32,000 nucleotides of DNA from assembly GCF_010672585.1 (NCBI RefSeq), contig NZ_JAAHGF010000042.1; one strand, written 5' to 3'. The translations under genes were made by a program, and so were the position numbers. This document shows positions 25,113 to 32,000 of the stretch, in pieces. Source of the stretch: Okeania sp. SIO1I7. Its GTDB lineage: Bacteria > Cyanobacteriota > Cyanobacteriia > Cyanobacteriales > Microcoleaceae. The notes below the pieces were generated by a model, which saw only the letters and a list, made by a program, of their open reading frames with translations, searched no databases and had not been told where the DNA came from. How positions within the stretch are numbered: position 1 is the stretch's first letter; each line of letters opens with the position of its first letter.

Positions 25113-26366
25113 TTATGGATTTACTTTGAACTTAGTAGTTAGTTTCCCGTATACAAGCTTAATTGTATGACGAATCAGATTAATTCTAGGTTGGAAATTT
25201 TGCGAGTCAATCCCTTGTAACTGATGTGTTGCAAACTTTAAAATTTGATCGGCACGTCTGTCCCAAGTCAAAGTTTGAACCTTTTGAAAAGCCTTCTTAG
25301 CAAGACGTTTACTCAAGGTTCGATCTTTTAACAATTGAGCGATCGCTTCTTTCCAGGCTTTGGGTTCATCTGATTTAACTAGAAGTGCGGTTTCTCGATC
25401 TTCTACTGTTTGCATAATCGTTGGGAGAGCTGATGCAATAATCGGCCTGTTTGTGGCCATGTAATCAAATAACTTCAGTGGTGATGTGGTTTGAGCTAGT
25501 GCCCAAGTTTGACTTGTGGGTAATAAAAAAATATCAGAGGCATATAAATATGTTGCAAGTTCAGATTGGGCGACATGACCTGTTAATTGAATATTTGTTA
25601 AATGCCTCTGTTGACAAGACAAACGCACTCTCTCAACATCTTTTTGCCAGCCACCCACCAAAAGAAACTGGCATTCGGGTAAAAGTTGAGCTATTTCTAG
25701 GATAGTAGGAATTCCTTTATAATCGTATAAATGTCCAGAATACACAACAATTTTTGCATCTTGTGGTAACCCTAGTTTCTGGCGAGCTGCTGTCTTACTT
25801 TGAGCAGGTAAAAAAGTGCTAATATCTGCAGCACTAGGGCTAATAAACACTTTATTCGGATTTATTTTAGACTGGAGTAAAGAGTCCATTAAATAGGGTG
25901 ACAAGGTGACAAAGCCAATTAAATAGTTAGAGCTCAGGAGTGGTACTAATGGAGAATTAGGCTGTATTGGTTCATGCCATTCCCACATTACAGGAATCCC
26001 AAATTTTGTCATTAAGCCTACAATCTCTGGGCTACGAGTATAAATCAAGGAGGGAAACTTCCAACAAGCATATAGAGCTGCAAGTCTAAAATATGAGTAG
26101 TTTCCATAAGATTTAGAAAAAGGATAATTTACTTGAATGTGCATAGGCAGACGGACTAGATTATAAGGTCTTTCCAAGCTATACCAGGCTTGAAAATCTT
26201 TATCCATTCCTCTGAAAGCCGAACAGATATCTCCACTGGTCACCAGTTCAAAATGCTTTAGTTTTTGAGAAAAAGCTTGAGACATTTTTGCTGTCTGTAC
26301 TGTATTTGCCCACAAGGAGGGTAAATTCCCTGCAGAAATGTAAATGAGTGACTCAAGGGTAGTCAT
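25113..26366 (-). CDS. Family 4 (GT-B, group 1) glycosyltransferase
   Basis: 417 aa. The C-terminal half carries the GT4 signature: VGG...DIFLLPTSQ....SPLKLFDYMATNRPIIAS (an E/Sx7E-like motif). Confidence 0.8.
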   Translation of the reverse strand: MTTLESLIYISAGNLPSLWANTVQTAKMSQAFSQKLKHFELVTSGDICSAFRGMDKDFQAWYSLERPYNLVRLPMHIQVNYPFSKSYGNYSYFRLAALYACWKFPSLIYTRSPEIVGLMTKFGIPVMWEWHEPIQPNSPLVPLLSSNYLIGFVTLSPYLMDSLLQSKINPNKVFISPSAADISTFLPAQSKTAARQKLGLPQDAKIVVYSGHLYDYKGIPTILEIAQLLPECQFLLVGGWQKDVERVRLSCQQRHLTNIQLTGHVAQSELATYLYASDIFLLPTSQTWALAQTTSPLKLFDYMATNRPIIASALPTIMQTVEDRETALLVKSDEPKAWKEAIAQLLKDRTLSKRLAKKAFQKVQTLTWDRRADQILKFATHQLQGIDSQNFQPRINLIRHTIKLVYGKLTTKFKVNP

Positions 26367-26394
26367 ATTAATTTCTCCAAGTTGTATAATATGA

Positions 26395-27357
26395 TTAATA
26401 TTGCTTAATGCCTGTCCAAATTAAAAACTCTTTGAGACAAACTTTTACAGATAGAAATATTTTCCAGAACAAACCTAACATAGTAACAACTACTCTGGAA
26501 TGGAGCAGCTCATAGCTTTCCAGAAGTAAATCTTGATGAGAAACTACTTCAAAAGCCAAAATTTCTCTATCTGATAAATCCTGTTGCCATGCCTCAATAC
26601 GATCAACTAAAGGTTCTTTATGGATATTTTGATGTAAATCTTTGCCATAGCGATCAGGAATAGAATATTGATTATTAGTTTCAGAACTTTTGATTCCTAG
26701 AAATTGACATAAGGTTTTTACAGTTGCTTCTGGTTCCTGAATCATCTGCTCATATTGGACAATAGCCATCCGTCCAGGATAATTCTGATCGACTTCTCGA
26801 ATTAATTTGAGAATTTTCGACCATTCTAATGCCGCTGAGTAGGGGTTGGTTTCAAAAGGTTTACCAGTTACAGAGTAAATACTATTTTTTTTGGAGTTAA
26901 AGACAGCTCTACCATCCCTAACAATACTAATAAACTTAGACTGGGGAAAGAGTTTATTTATTGTTCGATGTAGTTTTAAATAAGTTGACTTTTTGAGACC
27001 AAATACTTCAGAATCTGGAAATTTTTTCTCCTTATATAAGGTACAAATTAGTAAAATAAAATCGCGTATTGATGTAGGAGAATTAAGCTGAATATACTTA
27101 TATATTTCATCACAATCCAAATTCCAATCACTAAATTTTTGATCGCTAAATGTAATTTCTAAAATGTTTTCTAAATCTTGTTTATCTGTAATTATTTTCT
27201 GACGGTAATTCTGGATAATAGCGCTGATAAAATCACTTTCTGGTGCTATAGCAATCGGTGCAGACTTAACGAGTAAATTTGATAGGAAAGTGGAACCGGA
27301 TCTAGAATCGTACACAAGCAAAAAAGGATCTTCTATTAGTGACTTGTTAATAGCCAT
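26395..27357 (-). CDS. Sulfotransferase (PAPS-dependent family)
   Basis: 320 aa. The 5'-PSB-like loop is DSRSGSTFLSNLL near the N-terminus. The 3'-PB-like motif is FISIVRDGRAVFNS. Confidence 0.8.
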   Translation of the reverse strand: MAINKSLIEDPFLLVYDSRSGSTFLSNLLVKSAPIAIAPESDFISAIIQNYRQKIITDKQDLENILEITFSDQKFSDWNLDCDEIYKYIQLNSPTSIRDFILLICTLYKEKKFPDSEVFGLKKSTYLKLHRTINKLFPQSKFISIVRDGRAVFNSKKNSIYSVTGKPFETNPYSAALEWSKILKLIREVDQNYPGRMAIVQYEQMIQEPEATVKTLCQFLGIKSSETNNQYSIPDRYGKDLHQNIHKEPLVDRIEAWQQDLSDREILAFEVVSHQDLLLESYELLHSRVVVTMLGLFWKIFLSVKVCLKEFLIWTGIKQY

Positions 27358-27544
27358 AAATCACTCAATTTAAAACTTTGCAATGTATAGCAATTATACC
27401 ATTTTTTAAAACAAGAAGAAAAAAAACTAGGTAATATCAAATTTGCTCGGGTTCGGTATAAAAAAATGTTTCATCTGAGCGCCAAAGCGCAAATCTTTCT
27501 AAATTCTCTAATCTCTCCTGACTCGTGACTCCTAATTAACTATC

Positions 27545-27826
27545 TAATTAGGGTTTGCTGATTAAATCTAAAAGTATTTATAGATAAAGGTTTTAGCCTT
27601 TTTGAGTATCAAAAAGTGCGAGGTTTTAAGTGGTAATGGTTCAATTTAGGAGCGGATTTTGGTCAAGATTTGGGCAGAAAAATCATTCTTACAATTCTTA
27701 CTCCTACCTCCTCGCTCATTCCCATTTCTCCTGTCTCCTGTTTTCCCCTCCACGGTCTGGGTTAGGGGTGAGTTTTCTCCTGTCTCCTCCTCCTACTAAA
27801 AGACTTTTGAGCGCAAACCCTAATTA
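27545..27826. mobile_element. MITE candidate (282 bp) with perfect 14-bp terminal inverted repeats TAATTAGGGTTTGC
   Basis: 27545-27558 is the exact reverse complement of 27813-27826. The interior is homologous to 18700-18786. It occupies the gap between the two sulfotransferase genes. Confidence 0.65.
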
Positions 27827-27905
27827 TACAAATGCTACCGGATTTGATATAATACCCTTGTATTATTTGCATTAGTCTAAAGTTATGAAAAATTGTCTTT
27901 GATTG

Positions 27906-28817
27906 TTAATAGCGCTTGAGGGAATAACCAAAATATTCTAATTCATTTTTTGCTAGTACTGTACCTATCCACCATTCCCAAAAAGACAGTTTTTCAAGAT
28001 ATTTAATATCTTGCTTAATCGTTTGGTTTGGCTTCATTCGCATACGATTTCCTGAGATGTTATGATGCTTAAATTTATAAAATTCTAACTGACTTGGTTC
28101 AAAAATTAGATTCCATTTTTGCAAGATTTCGTTAATAGTATTTTCAGGAGAACTTACCAAATCTTCATATCTTAAAAGATGATAATTTGGCAAATGACCA
28201 AATTTCTTGTGGCATTTAAGATTAAAATAACTCCAATCTCGAATAGTGCTATAAAAATTGTACTTTTTGTACTTTCGGTCGAGAAGTTTATACTTGATTC
28301 TTAGGAATAGGTTTTGATTAACCTCTTCTAATTCAGACAATATTCTTTGATATTTAGACTTAGAACTAAAACCTACTGCACGACCATCCCTAATTAAGTG
28401 AATAATCTGAATTACAAATAAGTTAGACCTAAGAAAATTTTCAAGTCTAGGAATACTTTTAGAACTATCCACAAAAATAGATTTTCCTGATATATCAAGA
28501 ATTGTTTTAATTAGCTGATAATTGTGTTTAGTAAAGTTATCTCCAAGAACATTAATTTTGTTAATAACTGATGGACTTAGTTTTGTTTTTACACTCTGCC
28601 AATACTGACAATGATCGACTAAAGTACCACAAGTACAAATCCTATTTTTATTAGGAATATTAGAGCTATCAGAAAGATAACTAGAAAGTTTGAAGATTTC
28701 CCCAACACTTTCAACACAACTATGAGATCCTAGAAGCAGATCGGTTAAGGTACTGCCACTATGACCAGAACTCAGGATATAAATTAGATTTACAGGAGAA
28801 ACATTATCTTGAAACAC
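27906..28817 (-). CDS. Sulfotransferase (PAPS-dependent family), second paralog type
   Basis: 303 aa with a GTG start. The 5'-PSB-like motif is LSSGHSGSTLTDLL and the 3'-PB-like motif is IIHLIRDGRAVGFS. The gene is AT-rich. Confidence 0.75.
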   Translation of the reverse strand: MFQDNVSPVNLIYILSSGHSGSTLTDLLLGSHSCVESVGEIFKLSSYLSDSSNIPNKNRICTCGTLVDHCQYWQSVKTKLSPSVINKINVLGDNFTKHNYQLIKTILDISGKSIFVDSSKSIPRLENFLRSNLFVIQIIHLIRDGRAVGFSSKSKYQRILSELEEVNQNLFLRIKYKLLDRKYKKYNFYSTIRDWSYFNLKCHKKFGHLPNYHLLRYEDLVSSPENTINEILQKWNLIFEPSQLEFYKFKHHNISGNRMRMKPNQTIKQDIKYLEKLSFWEWWIGTVLAKNELEYFGYSLKRY

Positions 28818-28920
28818 TTGATTTTCAAACTTGAGCCAGCTTACTTTGATTGAATGAAACTATTCTATTATATAGAGTTTTTAATTTTGGTTGTACAGAA
28901 AAATATCATAGTGAAAAATA

Positions 28921-29892
28921 ATGTTAGACTTTACCATTGCGATACCAACCTATAATGGAGCTACTAGATTACCCATAGTATTAGAGAAACTACGTTCGCA
29001 AATTAATACAGAGAATATTTCTTGGGAAGTAATTGTAGTTGACAATAATAGCAGTGATAATCTTACTCAAGTTGTTAATAGTTTTCAACATGAGTGGCCA
29101 GATAACATACCACTGAGATATTGTTTTGAAGCAGAACAAGGGTTAGCATTTGCTAGACAAAAAGCAATTGAAGAAGCTAATGGTAATTTTATCGGTTTTC
29201 TTGACGATGATAACTTACCAGAACCAGATTGGGTGATTGAAGCTGTTAAATTTGGTCAAGAACATCAAACAGCAGGTGCATATAGTGGTAGAATAATAGG
29301 CTATTTTGAAGCCGAACCTCCAGAAAAATTTGATACGATTCAAGCTTTTTTAGCTATTAGAGAACATGGTTCTGAAACCTGCTTATTTGAACCAGAAAAA
29401 TTAAGGCTTCCTCCTGGTGCTGGATTAGTAGTTAGAAAGCAAGCATGGTCTGAAAATGTTCCTACTCGGTTAGCTTTGGTGGGAAGAGTTGGAAATTCAA
29501 TCGTTGCGGGTGAAGACTATGAGGCTTTACTTTATTTACATAAAGGAGGGTGGAAAATTTGGTACAATCCAACTATGTGTATTCACCATAAAATTCCCAA
29601 GCACCGCTTAGAAAAAGAATATCTAATTCCTTTAGCAAAAGGTATAGGTTTAGCAACTTTTCAACTACTAATGATTAATGCTAAAAGTTGGCAGAAACCC
29701 TTGATTTTTCTGAAGACTATACTAGGAAATATTAAGCGAATTTTATTACTTTTAATTAAGAACAGGTTTCAGGTGAAAAAAAACTTAATTGCAGCATTCA
29801 AATTTGAATTTTTATGGGGAAGTTTGCTTAGTCCTTTTTATTATTTAAAAAAAATGGTGACCAAGAAAAGCGGGTTTCAAGCCCCGTCCTAG
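28921..29892 (+). CDS. Family 2 glycosyltransferase, HpsE-like paralog
   Basis: 323 aa, about 50% identical by eye to the 23682-24698 product. It shares FTIAIPTYNGATRLP, VVDNNSSDN, FLDDDN, GAGLVVRK, GWKIWYNP and HKIPKHR. The last ~10 codons appear to read into IS left-end sequence. Confidence 0.8.
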   Translation: MLDFTIAIPTYNGATRLPIVLEKLRSQINTENISWEVIVVDNNSSDNLTQVVNSFQHEWPDNIPLRYCFEAEQGLAFARQKAIEEANGNFIGFLDDDNLPEPDWVIEAVKFGQEHQTAGAYSGRIIGYFEAEPPEKFDTIQAFLAIREHGSETCLFEPEKLRLPPGAGLVVRKQAWSENVPTRLALVGRVGNSIVAGEDYEALLYLHKGGWKIWYNPTMCIHHKIPKHRLEKEYLIPLAKGIGLATFQLLMINAKSWQKPLIFLKTILGNIKRILLLLIKNRFQVKKNLIAAFKFEFLWGSLLSPFYYLKKMVTKKSGFQAPS

Positions 29893-31260
29893 AAGGACGG
29901 TCAACTTAAATAGAGTCCCCAAAATTGGACTAAACGTGCTACAATCTTAATCTACTCTAAGCAAGGCAGTATCGGAGTTATGATTGTCTACGAATTCAAG
30001 GTCAAAGGAAAAACTCAGCAATATCAAGCGATTGATGAAGCAATCCGGACGGGTCAATTTGTCAGAAATTGCTGCTTGAGATTTTGGATAGACAACATTG
30101 GGATAAGCAGAAAAGAACTGTATAGGTACAACACTGAACTGCGTGCTATGTATCCCTTTGTGAAAGATTTAAACTCCCATGCTTGCCAGGCATCTGTAGA
30201 ACGATTTTGGTCAGCAATTGCTCGTTTTTTTGACAATTGCGAGAAAAACATCCCAGGTAAGAAGGGATACCCACAGTTCAAAAAACGTAGCCGCTCTATT
30301 GAATATAAAACATCTGGTTGGAAGTTGTTAAATCCCAAACACATTGAATTTACCGACAAAAAAGGGATTGGTAGACTCAAACTAATTGGAACCTGGGACT
30401 TAGCATTCTATCCGGTTGAGAAGATTAAACGAGTCAGACTGGTCAGACGAGAGTCACGGGTACTACGCCCAATTCTGTATCAGTGTAGAAGTGAAAGTGG
30501 AAACTCAACCCACTAAAAAGAATGTAGGGTTGGATGTTGGACTCAAAGAATTCTACACCGACTCAGATGGCAAAACTGAACCATGTCCACGATTCTACAG
30601 AAAAAGCGAGAAACGAATGAAGTTCTGTCAACGTCGTGTTTCTCCCAAGCACAAAGGCAGTGCCAACAGCTTCAAAGCCATCAATAAACTAGGTCGAGTA
30701 CACCTCAAAATAAGTAGGCAACGTGAAGAACACGCCAAGAGACTGGCGCGTTGCGTAGTCCACTCTAACGACGTGGTAGCTTATGTAGACGCGGAGCGGC
30801 GCGCCGAAGGCAGATTTGAGGATTAAAAATTTAGTCAAAAACCACTGTCTGGCCAAGTCTATTAATGATGCAGGTTGGTATCAATTCAGGAAATGGGCGC
30901 GAGTATTTTGGTCATAAATTTGGCAAGGTAACGGTTGCAGTTAATCCAGCCTAAAAAGCGCCAAAATTGCTCAAATTGTGGAACAACGGTGAAGAAATCA
31001 CTATCAACTCGAACTCATGTTTGTCAATGTGGATGTGTTTTAGATAGAGACCACAACGCCGCAATTAATATTCTCAATTCTGCCTTAAGTACGATGGGGC
31101 ACATCGGAACTTGGCTCAATGAGTCAAACGCTAGACTCGCTAGACTCGTCATGCTCCGCAAACGGGAGATTCTGGCACTACTGAGGTTGGAGAAATCCTG
31201 TCTCAGCAACCAGGGTCATAGAACGAAGAATCCTCCGTGCTTCAGCCGGAGGATTGTCAA
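29865..31260 (+). mobile_element. tnpB-only IS200/IS605-family element, degraded
   Basis: A left-end hairpin CCGTCC-TAGAA-GGACGG lies near 29880. The right end GAATCCTCCGTGCTTCAGCCGGAGGATTGTCAA ends at 31260. The left boundary is approximate. Confidence 0.7.
29980..31245 (+). pseudogene. tnpB: tnpB pseudogene (at least 3 frame disruptions plus a 33-nt in-frame insertion)
   Basis: Three ORF pieces make up the gene. 29980-30516 gives MIVYEFKVKGK.QQY.AIDEAIRTGQFVRN. 30416-30826 gives VGLDVGLKEF...HAKRLARCVV. 30935-31312 gives CSNCG...CQCGCVLDRDHNAAINI. Stops or shifts lie near 30470, 30825 and 30950. Confidence 0.85.
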
Positions 31261-31322
31261 AGGAAGCAAGCAAGTTATGATGAAAAAATACAAATCGTTC
31301 TCTCAGCAGTAGAGGCTAAAGT

Positions 31323-32000
31323 ATGTCCACAACTCAAACCCATCTAGCTATACATATCCGCTTCTTATATGGTGGTGGTGCAGAGCGTGTACTCGTAAAT
31401 TTAATGCCAGCTTTTATTCAACAAGGGGTAAAAGTAGATTTAGTGATGAATATGGCAGAAGGACCATATTTATTAGAAGTACCACCAGAAGTTAGAATTA
31501 TTGACCTTAAGACTAAGAAAACTTTAGCAGGTCTTCCCAAGTTAGTGCGTTATCTACGGCAGGAACGCCCAAAAGTTTTGCTTTCCTTTTTGCATTATCC
31601 TAATGAAATAGCTATTTTGGCAAAGCTTCTGGCCTTTGTAAATACGCGAGTAATAGTTTCAGAACGTAATGCTTTATCAATGCACGCTGGAAATGAACCC
31701 AGTAGCGAGAAGTGGTCAACTATTAGTACAAAACTTTTATATCCTCTGGCAGATGGCATTCTCGCAAATTCTAACGGCGTAGCTCAAGATTTAGCTAATA
31801 TTACTGGTATTTCTCCAAAGCGCATCAAAGTTATTTACAACCCCACTATTACTCCTGACATATTTGAAAAATCGCAACAAACTTTAGACCATCCTTGGTT
31901 TCAGCTAGGGCAACCACCTGTAGTGCTTGGGGTCGGGAGATTAGATCCACAAAAAAACTTTTCAACTCTAATCAAAGCTTTTGCTAAAGTGCGTCAGACA
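31323..32000 (+). CDS. Family 4 glycosyltransferase (5' partial, runs off the window)
   Basis: Open frame of 226 codons from ATG 31323 to the window edge, with GAGG 8 nt upstream. The N-terminus LAIHIRFLYGGGAERVLVNL, and later VGRLDPQKNF, are typical GT4 motifs. Not in the ORF track because it has no stop. Confidence 0.8.
   Translation, partial: MSTTQTHLAIHIRFLYGGGAERVLVNLMPAFIQQGVKVDLVMNMAEGPYLLEVPPEVRIIDLKTKKTLAGLPKLVRYLRQERPKVLLSFLHYPNEIAILAKLLAFVNTRVIVSERNALSMHAGNEPSSEKWSTISTKLLYPLADGILANSNGVAQDLANITGISPKRIKVIYNPTITPDIFEKSQQTLDHPWFQLGQPPVVLGVGRLDPQKNFSTLIKAFAKVRQT

Noticed and set aside
27630-27875. 81-aa ORF between the sulfotransferase genes
   Set aside because: It lies inside the MITE and consists of heptamer-repeat-derived Ser/Pro/Leu sequence.
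773-31209. Numerous 60-110-aa ORFs antisense to, or out of frame with, well-supported genes. Examples: 773-1024, 2277-2459, 5294-5691, 8734-8925, 10466-10654, 13141-13332, 14165-14660, 15280-15480, 16083-16918, 19688-19942, 20617-20872, 23872-24162, 25451-25705, 30054-30380, 31024-31209.
   Set aside because: They are shadow ORFs fully nested in stronger coding regions or pseudogenes, and none has recognisable motifs.
1-32000. tRNA, rRNA, tmRNA and RNase P genes
   Set aside because: Scanning by eye for T-loop (GGTTCGAATCC-like) and other universal motifs found nothing convincing. A tRNAscan/Infernal run would be needed to be certain.

Overview
This looks like a chromosomal window from a filamentous Nostoc/Anabaena-like cyanobacterium. 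That is inferred from 8 HIP1 octamers (GCGATCGC), many STRR-type heptamer/octamer repeats, xisH/xisI remnants and gene content. Housekeeping genes are present: a PfkB-type sugar kinase, a CheY-like response regulator, lipA, gloA, clpB, htpG and rpmB. Between them sit five IS200/IS605-family RNA-guided-nuclease loci, and no tnpA (Y1 transposase) is visible anywhere. (1) A full-length tnpB at 2994-4571 (-) carries in-frame GC-rich mini-insertions. (2) An IscB-type HNH+RuvC nuclease at 9331-10572 (+) follows a structured ~240-nt candidate guide-RNA region. (3) A second tnpB at 10675-11910 (+) directly abuts iscB. (4) An internally deleted mini tnpB element at 15058-15701 keeps both ends. (5) A frameshifted tnpB lies at 29980-31260, and a solo right end is fused to a glycosyltransferase gene at 24695. 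IscB and TnpB (OMEGA) systems are already described, so only the local arrangements are unusual. The region 14970-19250 is a decayed accessory patch. It holds a DUF6625-like gene, a synonymously diverged clpB fragment, a helicase/nuclease remnant, an HTH protein and xisH/xisI pseudogenes. The right third (23682 to the window end) is a polysaccharide locus with two paralogous HpsE-like GT2 genes, two GT4 genes and two sulfotransferases, suggesting a sulfated exopolysaccharide. It is punctuated by IS ends and a MITE. Several small dispersed or tandem repeat families and one compact small-peptide transcription unit are also reported. All homology statements come from motif recognition by eye; no database search was run.
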